A DNA stretch of 64,000 nt from Candidatus Dadabacteria bacterium (GTDB taxonomy: Bacteria > Desulfobacterota_D > UBA1144 > Nemesobacterales > CSP1-2), in the NCBI GenBank assembly GCA_963805855.1, contig CAWDVW010000007.1, forward strand, positions 352,001 to 416,000. Direction: 5' to 3'. Made by a program: the position numbers and the translations under genes. Numbering within the stretch: position 1 is the first letter of the stretch; each line of letters begins with the position of its first letter. Shown here piece after piece: positions 38,539 to 49,239 of the stretch. The notes below the pieces were generated by a model, which saw nothing but the letters and a program-made list of their open reading frames with translations, was not told where the DNA came from and made no database searches.

Positions 38539-39012
38539 TTACTGCTCTTTTTTGTCCTCTTCCAATACTATTACTTCCAGCTGTTGGGCCTCTATTTCAT
38601 TTTTCGACCTTCTATAAATACCGCCGACCACCATGAAGTCGTCTTCCTCGACAACCCACGACGTAGGTATCGAAACATCAATAAAGTTGCCGGCGCGATC
38701 GGTGAGTTTAAAAACAACTATCGGAACACCTTCGTCCGTTTTTGCTTCGTTAATGTCGTGCGCAACGCCTTCGACGGCTACTTGTGCGCCATCAAAGGCG
38801 AGGGGATTAATAAGTATCCTTTCTATTGTTGTTCTAATACCCGTGACCTGAGGCGCCAGGATTTCCTTTTTGCCGCCGCAGGCTGCGATTGAGAAGATAA
38901 CTAAAAGTGAGGGTAGTAATTGTTTTAGTAATTCATAAAGTCTATGATTATTAATGTTAGCTCCGTTAAGTATCGTAAGAAAGTTTTCTACTTCGATTAT
39001 ATAATTTTCCAC
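38539..39012 (-). CDS. Hypothetical lipoprotein, probable OB fold (start uncertain, probably downstream)
   Basis: Lipobox SIAA-C; NP..FDG..V.VEG, FKLTD, V.V.G.Y pattern. Confidence 0.55.
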   Translation of the reverse strand: MENYIIEVENFLTILNGANINNHRLYELLKQLLPSLLVIFSIAACGGKKEILAPQVTGIRTTIERILINPLAFDGAQVAVEGVAHDINEAKTDEGVPIVVFKLTDRAGNFIDVSIPTSWVVEEDDFMVVGGIYRRSKNEIEAQQLEVIVLEEDKKEQ

Positions 39013-39100
39013 TTGAGAGTCAATACCGAGGCAACGAATTAACTTTCAAATAGATTTTAATGTGAGGCAATAGTTACCGGATGAAAAAGTAAATGATCAT

Positions 39101-39130
39101 GGGATTGCTTCGCTAACGCTCGCAATGACG
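39101..39130. repeat. REP (GATTGCTTCG..CTCGCAATGAC), uninterrupted copy
   Basis: gggattgcttcgctaacgctcgcaatgacg. Confidence 0.75.
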
Positions 39131-39180
39131 AGAATATGAAGCTATTCGCAGTAACAGTAAAAAAATGTAATATTACAATC

Positions 39181-39999
39181 ATGGAAACCAATAATATGGA
39201 TTTATTTGAAGAAAGTGGCTTTGGGATTGCAAGGATAAGAATCAAAGAAAGCGATAGTAATTATAACTACATAATATGGTGCAGTGAAACGCTTGAGAGT
39301 GCTGTAATAGATCCGCTTAATGCGTATACAATACTCGACTTCATAAGGGGACGAGGCCTGACGGTTCGTTATATTATAAACACGCATGCTCATCCCGATC
39401 ATGTTGAAGGTAACAACGCGATACTAAAGGTTACCACTTCAAAAATTCTCATACATCCGAAGGGTACGGAATTCGTTGCACCCAGACACGAGACAATAGA
39501 AGAGAACAGTGTCATCAATATCGGGAAGCAACAAATAAATGTCATTTATACGCCGGGTCATTGTCCTGAGCATATTTCATTAATCTTGGGGAGCAATATT
39601 TTTGTCGGCGACACATTATTCTTATCCGGTTGCGGCACCACAAAATTCAGGGGGGATGTTGACGAGCTTTATGAAACTATTGCCTTTAAATTAAGGACCC
39701 TTCCGGATAATTTTAGGATTTTCTGTGGGCACAATTATGCTGAGAAAAACTTGCTGTTTGCCCTGAATATTGAGCCTGAAAACAGAGCAGCAAAGGCTAA
39801 GCTTGAAGAGGTGAGAAAGTTTTTTGACAAAGGCAAAGAACCTCCACCCACAACCATTGGAGAAGAAAAGCAATATAATCCATTTCTCAGGTTTGATGAG
39901 GCTTCCCTGATTACTGAAATAAAAAAAAGGAAACCTTCTCTTGAACAAGAGCCTGAAACAATATTTCGAGAGCTTCGAGAGATGCGGAATAATTGGTGA
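39181..39999 (+). CDS. gloB: Hydroxyacylglutathione hydrolase (glyoxalase II, MBL fold)
   Basis: NYNY, THAHPDH, TPGH, GDTLF..GCG, CGHNY, TIGEEK.YNPFLR. Confidence 0.85.
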   Translation: METNNMDLFEESGFGIARIRIKESDSNYNYIIWCSETLESAVIDPLNAYTILDFIRGRGLTVRYIINTHAHPDHVEGNNAILKVTTSKILIHPKGTEFVAPRHETIEENSVINIGKQQINVIYTPGHCPEHISLILGSNIFVGDTLFLSGCGTTKFRGDVDELYETIAFKLRTLPDNFRIFCGHNYAEKNLLFALNIEPENRAAKAKLEEVRKFFDKGKEPPPTTIGEEKQYNPFLRFDEASLITEIKKRKPSLEQEPETIFRELREMRNNW

Positions 40000-40006
40000 C
40001 ATAAAA

Positions 40007-40034
40007 GTAGGGAACGCATATATGCGTTCCCTAC
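40007..40034. repeat. GTAG-type REP, perfect 28-bp palindrome
   Basis: GTAGGGAACGCATATATGCGTTCCCTAC; identical copy at 53098-53125. Confidence 0.9.
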
Positions 40035-40097
40035 ACTAATACGCATCCAATAAAACCACTTTCATCGCAATCGCAATTATTTGGTATAATCTTAGCC

Positions 40098-43000
40098 ATG
40101 GATCAGAAGCTGGAAACGGAAAAATTCAAAATTCTTCGTCAATTGCTCAGAGAGCGCATCCTCATTATGGATGGCGCAATGGGGACCATGATCCAATCTT
40201 ACAAACTTGACGAGGCGGATTTTAGAGGTGGAAGATTCAAGGATCATCAGAAGGACCTGAAGGGCAATAACGACATCTTATGCCTTACAAAACCGGATTT
40301 GGTCGAAAAAATACACAGTCAATACCTTGATGCCGGAGCGACAATTATTGAAACGAACTCATTTAACAGCACCGGAATCTCGCAGTCTGATTATGGGCTT
40401 GAAGATATTGTCTATGAGCTCAATAAAGAAGCGGCGAGAATTGCGAGAAAAGCCATAGATGAATTCTCCGCGCAAAATCGGGGGCTGAACTGTTTTGTAG
40501 CCGGGGCCCTGGGGCCGACAAACAAGACGGCTTCTATGTCTCCGGATGTAAACAATCCGGCGTACAGGAATATCACATTCGGTGAACTTTCCGATGCATA
40601 TTATGAACAAATCAGGGGTCTTGTTGAGGGAGGTGTTGATATCTTACTGGCGGAGACTGTATTCGACACGCTAAATGTAAAGGCGGTTATTTTCGCGATT
40701 GAAAGGTTCTTTGATGAGCATCATTTTAGATTGCCGGTGATGATTTCGGTGACTATTACGGATGCGTCCGGCAGGACCCTTTCAGGACAGACCGTTGAAG
40801 CGTTTTGGAACTCAGTCAGGCATGCCAGGCCTCTTTCCGTCGGGATAAACTGTTCATTAGGTGCTAAAGAAATGCGTCCGTATATGGATGAGTTGTCCGC
40901 TATCGTAGATTGCTACACAAGTTGCTATCCGAATGCCGGACTCCCGAATCCCTTGAGCGAAACAGGATACGATCAAAGCCCCGAAGAGACCTCCACATTC
41001 CTTGAGGAGTTTGCAAAAAGTGGGTTTGTAAATATCGTTGGAGGATGTTGTGGCACCACACCGGATCATATTAGTGCAATAGCAACAAAAATCAGGGACA
41101 TTCCTCCTCGAAAAATACCGATAATCCCTCCCGCTACCCGTCTCAGCGGGTTAGAACCCCTGAACATAGTAGAGGATCCGGCTCCATTCGTGTTGATAGG
41201 AGAGCGGACAAACGTTACCGGATCTCCACAATTTGCTAACCTCATCAAGGCCGACAGGTTTGAAGATGCTCTCGGAGTTGCCAAACAACAGGTGGAAAAC
41301 GGTGCGAATATTCTTGACGTCAACTTTGACGAGGCGTTGCTGGATAGCGGCGCCTGTATGATACGCTTCCTTAATCTGATCGCGTCCGAACCCGAAATCT
41401 CAAAGATTCCTATCATGATAGATAGCTCGAAGTGGTCGGTGATAGAGGCCGGACTTCAATGCGTACAGGGCAAATGCATAGTCAACTCGATCAGCCTAAA
41501 GGAAGGTGAGGAAAAATTTCTGGAACAAGCACGGCTCGTCATGCGTTACGGCGCGGCTACGATTGTTATGGCATTTGATGAGAAAGGACAGGCTGCCGAT
41601 AAAAAGGACAAGGTACGAATTTGTCAACGCGCCTACAAGCTCTTAACTGAAAAGGCAGGGATGGATCCTACGGATATAATCTTCGATCCAAATATCCTGA
41701 CTGTTGCGACGGGAATTGAAGAGCACAACAACTACGCAGTCGATTTCATCGAATCCCTCGGAGAAATAAAGGCCACATGCCCAGGGGCCCGCACCAGCGG
41801 AGGTGTCAGTAATATATCTTTCTCGTTCCGCGGTAACAATCTAGTCAGGGAGGCCATGCACTCTGCCTTTTTGTATCATGCCATAAACGCTGGCCTTGAC
41901 ATGGCGATCGTGAATGCAGGAATGCTAGCAGTCTATGAGGAGATCGACAAAGAGCTTCTTGAGATGGTCGAAGACGTACTCTTGAACAGGAGAACGGATG
42001 GTACCGAGCGACTCGTTGAATACGCGGAGAAAATTAGGGGTACAGAAAAAGCAAGGCTGAAAGACGAAGAGTCGTGGCGAAAGGGAAGTGTTAAGGAACG
42101 GCTATCGCACTCACTCGTTAAAGGAATAGTAGACTTTATTGAGGAGGATACCGAAGAGGCGCGTACGAAATACGAAAAGCCACTTGACGTTATTGAAGGT
42201 CCTCTCATGGACGGTATGAAGATCGTTGGGGAACTATTCGGAGAGGGCAAAATGTTTCTGCCCCAGGTGGTCAAGAGCGCGAGGGTAATGAAGAAAGCAG
42301 TTGCATATCTAGAACCCTTCATGGAGGCCGAAAAGAGAAACGCTAATGATCCCAGAGCTAAGGGAAAGTTTGTGATCGCAACTGTGAGGGGAGACGTACA
42401 CGACATCGGGAAGAACATTGTATCGGTTGTCCTGGGTTGTAATAATTACGAGGTAATAGATCTCGGTGTGATGGTACCGTGCGATAAAATCCTTCAAACG
42501 GCCAAAGAGGTAAATGCCAATATAATTGGAATGAGCGGCTTGATAACACCGTCTCTTGATGAAATGATCCACAATGCAAAAGAGATGGAGAGGAATGGTT
42601 TCGAGGTGCCGCTACTCATAGGGGGTGCTACCACCAGTGACGCACATACAGCTATCAAGATTGCCCCAAATTATAGTGGACCTACAATACATGTTCTGGA
42701 CGCATCATTGGTGGTAGGAGTATGCAGCAATCTGATGAATCCGGATAAGCGTAAAGTCCTTGAAGCAGAAACCATTGCAAAACAAAAGGCAACCAGAGAA
42801 CAATATGCTGCACTATCCCATAAGAAGCATTTCATACCCATTGATGAAGCCCGTCGAGAGAAATTCAAAACCAATTGGCAAGACATTCACATAGACGTGC
42901 CTAAAAGGCTGCGAATCGAGATATCGAAGGATATACCACTCGAAGAAGTAGTACCCTATATCGACTGGACTCCGTTCTTCTGGGTATGGGATCTAAAGGG

Positions 43001-43847
43001 AGTCTATCCGAAGATATTCGAGCATAAAAAGTGGGGGGAGCAGGCGCGGGCTCTTTACAATGACGCTCAAGATTTATTAAAAGAGATCATAGCCGAAAAA
43101 CGATTCCGGGTGGGAGCGGTGACCGGCATCTGGCCGGCCAACAGCGTAGGGGACGACATCGAAGTTTATGTTCATGAAAAGAGTAATAAGATTTTAGGTA
43201 CATTTCACTTCCTCAGACAGCAGCAGGACGACGCCGATAAACACGTATTTCATAGTTTGGCGGATTTTATAGCGCCCAAAGGTTCAGGGCGAAATGATTA
43301 CTTTGGGGGTTTTGTAGTGACTGCCGGTTGGGAAGTGGAGACATTCGCGGCTACCTTTTCTTCTAAACATGATGACTACCATGCAATTATGGTAAAAGCC
43401 CTCGGTGATAGATTTGCTGAGGCGCTGGCGGAATTGATGCATAAACGGGCGCGTGATAATTGGGGATTTGGAATGGACGAAGGTCTTACCTACGATGACT
43501 TAATAAAGGAAAGGTATAGGGGGATACGTCCGGCGCCGGGTTACCCATCATGTCCTGATCATACGGAGAAAGCCCTGCTATGGAAGCTACTCAAACCGGA
43601 TGAAAATATTGGTGTAGTTCTTACTGAAAATTTTGCGATGAATCCACCCAGCTCGGTTTCTGGTTGGTATATCGCTCACCCGGAAGCTAAGTATTTTCAT
43701 TTAGGAAAAATAGACCGTGATCAGGTTGAGGATTATGCTAAGAGGAAGAACATGCCTCTGCATGTCGTTGAAAAATGGCTGCAGCCAAATCTCGGATATG
43801 AACCTTCGGAATTCTCACAGCAAATAAAAGTAGCAGGGAAGCCCTAA
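40098..43847 (+). CDS. metH: Cobalamin-dependent methionine synthase
   Basis: [34 protein letters not shown]. Confidence 0.98.
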   Translation: MDQKLETEKFKILRQLLRERILIMDGAMGTMIQSYKLDEADFRGGRFKDHQKDLKGNNDILCLTKPDLVEKIHSQYLDAGATIIETNSFNSTGISQSDYGLEDIVYELNKEAARIARKAIDEFSAQNRGLNCFVAGALGPTNKTASMSPDVNNPAYRNITFGELSDAYYEQIRGLVEGGVDILLAETVFDTLNVKAVIFAIERFFDEHHFRLPVMISVTITDASGRTLSGQTVEAFWNSVRHARPLSVGINCSLGAKEMRPYMDELSAIVDCYTSCYPNAGLPNPLSETGYDQSPEETSTFLEEFAKSGFVNIVGGCCGTTPDHISAIATKIRDIPPRKIPIIPPATRLSGLEPLNIVEDPAPFVLIGERTNVTGSPQFANLIKADRFEDALGVAKQQVENGANILDVNFDEALLDSGACMIRFLNLIASEPEISKIPIMIDSSKWSVIEAGLQCVQGKCIVNSISLKEGEEKFLEQARLVMRYGAATIVMAFDEKGQAADKKDKVRICQRAYKLLTEKAGMDPTDIIFDPNILTVATGIEEHNNYAVDFIESLGEIKATCPGARTSGGVSNISFSFRGNNLVREAMHSAFLYHAINAGLDMAIVNAGMLAVYEEIDKELLEMVEDVLLNRRTDGTERLVEYAEKIRGTEKARLKDEESWRKGSVKERLSHSLVKGIVDFIEEDTEEARTKYEKPLDVIEGPLMDGMKIVGELFGEGKMFLPQVVKSARVMKKAVAYLEPFMEAEKRNANDPRAKGKFVIATVRGDVHDIGKNIVSVVLGCNNYEVIDLGVMVPCDKILQTAKEVNANIIGMSGLITPSLDEMIHNAKEMERNGFEVPLLIGGATTSDAHTAIKIAPNYSGPTIHVLDASLVVGVCSNLMNPDKRKVLEAETIAKQKATREQYAALSHKKHFIPIDEARREKFKTNWQDIHIDVPKRLRIEISKDIPLEEVVPYIDWTPFFWVWDLKGVYPKIFEHKKWGEQARALYNDAQDLLKEIIAEKRFRVGAVTGIWPANSVGDDIEVYVHEKSNKILGTFHFLRQQQDDADKHVFHSLADFIAPKGSGRNDYFGGFVVTAGWEVETFAATFSSKHDDYHAIMVKALGDRFAEALAELMHKRARDNWGFGMDEGLTYDDLIKERYRGIRPAPGYPSCPDHTEKALLWKLLKPDENIGVVLTENFAMNPPSSVSGWYIAHPEAKYFHLGKIDRDQVEDYAKRKNMPLHVVEKWLQPNLGYEPSEFSQQIKVAGKP

Positions 43848-43892
43848 ATATTTCTGGTAATTAAGATAAAGTCGAAAGAGTTATCCGTTTAT

Positions 43893-44294
43893 TCAGCCCT
43901 CAGCAGGTAGTACGGAATACTTTCTGAGTATCTCCCGGAGATCTATTGAAAATCTTGATCTGGGAATTACAAGATCACAACCCGCTCTATCAGCTTCCTT
44001 TTTTAATTCGATTTGAACGTGCGATAAAAATCCGATCACTGGAATCTGTTTAAGCTCACTGCTAGATTTAATGCTTTTTATAATTTCGAGAGGGCTGCCG
44101 GCTCTGGAATTGAGATCAAATATGATCAGAGAGGGTTTTTCTGATAATATTTTCTCTTTAAACCCGTCCGGGGTTTTTACAAATTCCAGGTCTATGTCAA
44201 GAGTCTTGGCGGCTTCTCTAATCTTCGACGAGAAGAAGAGATCATCCAATACAGCTAGAATCTTTTTTCTGTGATTTTTCCTTTCACTAATCAT
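43893..44294 (-). CDS. Single-domain response regulator receiver-like protein
   Basis: DDLFFSSKI, IIFDL, IPVIGF.SHV, AGCD.V.PRS. Confidence 0.7.
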   Translation of the reverse strand: MISERKNHRKKILAVLDDLFFSSKIREAAKTLDIDLEFVKTPDGFKEKILSEKPSLIIFDLNSRAGSPLEIIKSIKSSSELKQIPVIGFLSHVQIELKKEADRAGCDLVIPRSRFSIDLREILRKYSVLPAEG

Positions 44295-44539
44295 TAACCT
44301 TTACGTAAATAGAGTGTATATTAAAGGTGTTTTTTATCAATATGATTTAGCCTGCTCAGATCCACTGAGAAATTTAGCTATTGCAAATCAGCAGTGAGAA
44401 GTTAATGATGTCTCTTAAGGGCCCCGAAGTTGTTGAGTTGTTCGAGGATTGATAATATGTGGATTGAAGGATGCCGACTCGCGACTTTGAACGTCTGATG
44501 TATGACTATTTCTCTTGATACCTCTGTGGTTGACTGGAA

Positions 44540-45262
44540 TTGCAAGTGAAAGACAATAATCGAATCAAGGCTATTTTTTTCGATGCCGCCGATACCCTAT
44601 TTTATATAAGTGATGGTCTCGGGAATGTCTATTCTTCGGTAGCAGCGAAATACGGATCAACCCCGGATCCCAAATTGGTCAAGGCCGCGTTTTCAAATGC
44701 CTTCCACTCAGCACCACCTTTAGTTTTTGGTCGACTTTCTTCTGAAGAAAGAAGGGTATCTGAAAAGAAATGGTGGTACCGCGTGGTTGAAGACGTTTTT
44801 CAAGAAGTGGGCATGTTTGACAGATTTGACTCATACTTTGACGAGCTATTTGAGCTTTTTAGACATGGTGCATGGAAATTATTTCCTGAAACTCATGGTG
44901 TATTAAACTCGCTCGAGAAGCGGGGCTTCAAATTAGGCTTAATTTCAAACTTTGATACGAGGGTGTACGATGTCTGCCAAGCGCTGGGTATATATAAATA
45001 TTTCAGGTCGTTTGTGATCTCTAGTGAAGCTGGATTCGCAAAACCCTCACCCCAAATTTTTGAAATCGCCCTTAATGAGCAGGGTGTATTGGCGGAGGAG
45101 TCTATTCATATAGGCGATAGTATAGAACATGATATACTGGGGGCAAAAACCCTGGGCATAAATGCTGTGTTGCTTGATAGGGAAGGAAAACATAAACACA
45201 GGGATGATATCTGGAAAATAAAAGATCTGAGAGGCGTTTTTCAAATTTTAGGTGACTCTTGA
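44540..45262 (+). CDS. HAD-IA family hydrolase (REG-2-like)
   Basis: FFDAADTL, ISNFD, KPSPQIF, HIGDS..HD. Confidence 0.88.
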   Translation: MQVKDNNRIKAIFFDAADTLFYISDGLGNVYSSVAAKYGSTPDPKLVKAAFSNAFHSAPPLVFGRLSSEERRVSEKKWWYRVVEDVFQEVGMFDRFDSYFDELFELFRHGAWKLFPETHGVLNSLEKRGFKLGLISNFDTRVYDVCQALGIYKYFRSFVISSEAGFAKPSPQIFEIALNEQGVLAEESIHIGDSIEHDILGAKTLGINAVLLDREGKHKHRDDIWKIKDLRGVFQILGDS

Positions 45263-45292
45263 ACATGTAAATTAATTCCTTGGAGGATCATC

Positions 45293-45733
45293 ATGAAGAC
45301 TGCAGGATTAGCCTTACTCGTAGCATCAATATGGGGCATTACGCCAATATTTGAAAAACTAAGTTTGGAAAGGGCTTCCCCTCTTACCGTGATAACGTTG
45401 CGTTTTATATTTACGGCTACGTGTTTTGGCGTTTATTCGGCCATAACGGGAGGGTATAAGGATTTCGGCTCTTTAGACGGGAAAACTCTACTCTACATCA
45501 TTCTTGCCGCCGTTTTCGGCGGCATTATTGGTCTACTCATATTTTTCACCGCGCTCAAGCAGGATTTTACCACGAAGATAGTACCTATAGCTGCTACTTT
45601 CCCACTGTTTACCGCCCTCTATGCCTTTATGTTCCTCAACGAGCATATCTCATCTCCGAGGCTTGTCGGAATTATCCTCATAGTAATTGGATTGATTCTA
45701 GTAAATTGGAATAGCCTTAGCTATTCGGATTAG
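45293..45733 (+). CDS. EamA/DMT family membrane protein
   Basis: WG..PIFEK, about 5 TM, PLFT..A..FL.E. Confidence 0.8.
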   Translation: MKTAGLALLVASIWGITPIFEKLSLERASPLTVITLRFIFTATCFGVYSAITGGYKDFGSLDGKTLLYIILAAVFGGIIGLLIFFTALKQDFTTKIVPIAATFPLFTALYAFMFLNEHISSPRLVGIILIVIGLILVNWNSLSYSD

Positions 45734-45924
45734 TCATGTTTTTTAGTTTTTCCAATACGAGTAAAGAGTACGAACGCCATGGCCGGTCTTTTCGAGGAAT
45801 CTCTCATAGCAAATTGAACAGTATCTAATTTCCAGCCCTTATTAACCCACGTATTTATCACAGCTTCCAGGTCCTCTGCCGTCACGGTTGCTAATTCTAC
45901 CACCTTGTAAGTAGTCTTTGTCAT
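45730..45924 (-). CDS. DUF4177-like small protein
   Basis: YKVVE...LE..IN.W...GW.L; overlaps the hemB stop (ATGA coupling). Confidence 0.65.
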   Translation of the reverse strand: MTKTTYKVVELATVTAEDLEAVINTWVNKGWKLDTVQFAMRDSSKRPAMAFVLFTRIGKTKKHD

Positions 45925-46910
45925 TGCGCGTGCTTGGAAGAGCCCAATAATCTTGCGGCTTCCTTGGCAAAATAGGAAATAATGATATCTGCCCCCGCTC
46001 TCTTTATGCTAGTTAACATCTCCATAACCACTAGTTTTTCATCTATCCAACCGAGCCTGCCTGCAGCCTTAACCATCGAATATTCACCACTGACGTTATA
46101 GGCGGCAAGCGGATAGTCGAACTCTTCCCTGGCCGCTCTTATAACATCAAGATATGACATTGCGGGTTTCACCATCACGATGTCCGCACCCTCCTCAATG
46201 TCGAGGGCAATTTCACGCAAAGCCTCTCTAACGTTGGGCGGATCCATCTGATATTCTTTCCTGTCGCCAAATTCGGGCGAGGACTTCGCAGCCTCTCTAA
46301 ATGGTCCATAGAATGCGGATGCGTATTTCGCTGAATACGACATTATTGCCGTATCAATTAAACCATTCTCGTCCAGTGCGCTTCTAATAGCTCCAACACG
46401 GCCGTCCATCATGTCAGACGGGGCGACAATATCAGCCCCAGCCCGTGCATGCGATAATGCGATCTGTCCCAGATACTCGAGTGTTTCATCGTTATCCACT
46501 TTACCCCCTCTGATTATCCCGCAATGGCCGTGACTGGTATATCCACACATGCAAATGTCGGTTATTAGCACGATGCTATCAAACCTCTCCCTTATTTCCC
46601 TTAACGCCCTCTGGATAATGCCGTTTTCATCGTAAGCCTCCGATCCCAATTCATCTTTCAACTCAGGAACCCCAAACAAAAGGATCGCCTTAATTCCAAG
46701 TTCCTTTAACTGTTTTATCTCCTTTATTGCATTGTCTATTGACTGTCTGAATATTCCCGGCATAGAGGTAATCTCCTCTTTAAATCTCTTACCGGGAGCG
46801 ACGAACATCGGATAGACGAAATCATCCACGCTTAATTTAGTCTCACAAACCATTTCACGGATGTGTTTATTTTTCCGCAGTCTTCTTGGACGATAATCAG
46901 GGAAGTGCAT
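45921..46910 (-). CDS. hemB: Porphobilinogen synthase
   Basis: [40 protein letters not shown]. Confidence 0.97.
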   Translation of the reverse strand: MHFPDYRPRRLRKNKHIREMVCETKLSVDDFVYPMFVAPGKRFKEEITSMPGIFRQSIDNAIKEIKQLKELGIKAILLFGVPELKDELGSEAYDENGIIQRALREIRERFDSIVLITDICMCGYTSHGHCGIIRGGKVDNDETLEYLGQIALSHARAGADIVAPSDMMDGRVGAIRSALDENGLIDTAIMSYSAKYASAFYGPFREAAKSSPEFGDRKEYQMDPPNVREALREIALDIEEGADIVMVKPAMSYLDVIRAAREEFDYPLAAYNVSGEYSMVKAAGRLGWIDEKLVVMEMLTSIKRAGADIIISYFAKEAARLLGSSKHAQ

Positions 46911-47084
46911 ATTAAATCTGATTCTCAAATAATCTTATTTTAGATTTCAATATAACAAGTTTTTATATTTATGAAAAGGCTTGTATGCGATAAATTAGTC
47001 AAGCAATCGCAAAAACAGATTGCCCCCATCACCACCCCGAGTGAAATAGTCCTGTAATATTTTCGTTGCACCTGTTCCCGCAAT

Positions 47085-47289
47085 TGTAGATGTTAGATAC
47101 TGCGAGGATAGTCCCTTAGGTGCTAAATGGGCCTTCAAAAATGCCGACGAATTCGTAGGGAACGCATCCTTCGACCGAGCTCAGGACAGGTCTGCGTTCC
47201 CTACATTTCGCCTCATATAATTTGTTGGTAACGCTCTGCTAATGTTAAAGGAGGTTGCTTCGACCGACAAAGTCAGTCTCGCAATGACA
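47085..47289. mobile_element. Partial TGT-ended MITE inserted after GCAAT, followed by a GTAG REP with loop insert and another REP
   Basis: cccGCAAT|TGTAGATGTTAGATACTGCGAGGATAG; REP 47155-47204; REP 47251-47289. Confidence 0.65.
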
Positions 47290-47482
47290 TGAGAGACCAC
47301 TTCTACTGGTACCGATCCTTTAAACCTAGCCTGAGACTTATTGATTAAATTAATTCCTTCTTATTGAAATGCCTTCGTCCATTGAGTTAAATATAGCCTA
47401 TTGAAAATTTAAAATAAAAAAGGACCAATTATTGGTTTAGTATTTTTTTAAGTCATATTTATCCACATAGAAATAATTCTCG

Positions 47483-48637
47483 ATGAAAGCGAAACATAAC
47501 GAAAATCGACCCATCGTCGGCATCATAGGCGGAGGGCAGCTCGCCAGGATGACAGCCATTGCCGCATACAGACTCGGTATAGAAATAGCTATTTTGGACC
47601 CCGACATAAAAAGTCCTGCAGGACAAATAGTGCGAAAAATCGTGATTGGATCTATAAATGATATTAGAACGTTGGAAGAGCTATCCAGAATAAGCAGCTT
47701 GATTACACTAGAAAATGAGTTTGTCGATGCACCGTTGCTGGAAAAGATTGAGTCGTCAGGAGCTATTGTCTTTCCTTCGTCGAAGACCTTAGGATTGATA
47801 CAGGACAAACTCACCCAAAAGCAGACTTTGGAGTCAAGTATGATAGGGGTTCCAAAATTCATGGTGGTGTCGGATGAGAATGATATTCTTGAAGGCGGGA
47901 GAAAATATGGATGGCCGGTAATTCTCAAGGTTAGGAGGAACGCGTACGACGGTAGAGGCAATGAATCGATCAACGGTCCGGATGAGATACATTCGGCATG
48001 GAATAACCTTTACGGTGATAAACGTGATTTTATGGTTGAAGAATTTATTAGATTTAAAAAAGAGCTTGCAATTATGGTTGTAAGAAATACAAAGGGTGAG
48101 TCAGCAACATACCCTGTGGTTGAAACCATTCAAAAAGACCACATTTGCCACATAGTGAGGGCTCCCGCAGGTATCGGTGATGATATTAGTACAAACGCGG
48201 CAAATATGGCCAAGAAAGCGATTGAAGCGATTGATGGCATAGGGGTATTCGGAGTTGAAATGTTCCTCCTGGAAGATGATAGGGTACTCATAAATGAAAT
48301 TGCTCCACGACCCCACAATTCAGGGCATTACACAATCGAGGCCTGCGTTACATCACAATATGAAAATCATTTACGTGCCATTCTGGGTTATCCTTTGGGC
48401 TCGACCAGTATGGTGAGTCCCGCAGCCGTGATGGTTAACTTACTCGGCAGCGGCGATGGAGAATCAGTTGTTAAGGGACTTGATGAGGCTTTAAAGGTTA
48501 CAGGCGCTCATATTCATATATACTGTAAGGAGCACACTCGGCCGAATCGTAAGATGGGTCATCTCACAGTACTGGGGCAAAACATTGAAGAATCGTCCGA
48601 CAGGGCACTTAAGGCTGCAGGCATGATATCCTTCTGA
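47483..48637 (+). CDS. purK: N5-CAIR synthetase
   Basis: GIIGGGQLARM, YDGRG, NEIAPRPHNSGH, RKMGH. Confidence 0.96.
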   Translation: MKAKHNENRPIVGIIGGGQLARMTAIAAYRLGIEIAILDPDIKSPAGQIVRKIVIGSINDIRTLEELSRISSLITLENEFVDAPLLEKIESSGAIVFPSSKTLGLIQDKLTQKQTLESSMIGVPKFMVVSDENDILEGGRKYGWPVILKVRRNAYDGRGNESINGPDEIHSAWNNLYGDKRDFMVEEFIRFKKELAIMVVRNTKGESATYPVVETIQKDHICHIVRAPAGIGDDISTNAANMAKKAIEAIDGIGVFGVEMFLLEDDRVLINEIAPRPHNSGHYTIEACVTSQYENHLRAILGYPLGSTSMVSPAAVMVNLLGSGDGESVVKGLDEALKVTGAHIHIYCKEHTRPNRKMGHLTVLGQNIEESSDRALKAAGMISF

Positions 48638-48652
48638 AAAATTTCCAAGGAG

Positions 48653-49159
48653 GTGAGGGTACACGTGAATCCGTTAATAGGAATAGTTATGGGAAGTGAT
48701 TCAGATTTGCCGACAATGATAGCCGCATCAAAGGTGTGTGGTGAATTCAATATTCCATACGAAATGAGGATTCTGTCTGCCCACCGCACACCCGTAGATA
48801 TGGCTAAATACGCCCAGGAAGCCCACGTGAGAGGTATTAAGGTGATTATCGCAGGCGCGGGAGGTGCCGCTCATCTTCCGGGAATGATTGCCGCACATTC
48901 ACCTCTTCCTGTAATAGGTGTTCCTATCAGTACCGAAGCCCTAAGTGGCCTCGACTCCCTCTTGTCAATTGTACAGATGCCTAGTGGCGTGCCGGTTGCG
49001 ACAGTCGCAATCGGGGGCGCGAAGAATGCTGCCCTCTTGGCCATCGAAATCCTTGGTACGTCGGATAAAAAGATACTTAAGAAGATGATAGATTATAAGC
49101 AAAATGCGGCGGAAGAATCGAGACAAAAGAATAAACGCATGCCAAAGAGTAAAAAATAA
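48653..49159 (+). CDS. purE: N5-CAIR mutase (start may be GTG 48665)
   Basis: [32 protein letters not shown]. Confidence 0.97.
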   Translation: MRVHVNPLIGIVMGSDSDLPTMIAASKVCGEFNIPYEMRILSAHRTPVDMAKYAQEAHVRGIKVIIAGAGGAAHLPGMIAAHSPLPVIGVPISTEALSGLDSLLSIVQMPSGVPVATVAIGGAKNAALLAIEILGTSDKKILKKMIDYKQNAAEESRQKNKRMPKSKK

Positions 49160-49239
49160 TATCCCTGACGTATGATCACGTGCGGGTCTGATTACAAAAT
49201 CGTACCAGACTGATAATTCAGAACTTATAAGGAACTGCT

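Noticed and set aside
40000-40097. SAM or cobalamin riboswitch upstream of metH
   Set aside because: The intergenic region is under 100 nt, occupied by a REP, and shows no riboswitch consensus
44295-44540. Possible ncRNA (for example 6S) in the divergent intergenic region
   Set aside because: No convincing long stem or conserved motif recognised by eye; needs an Rfam scan
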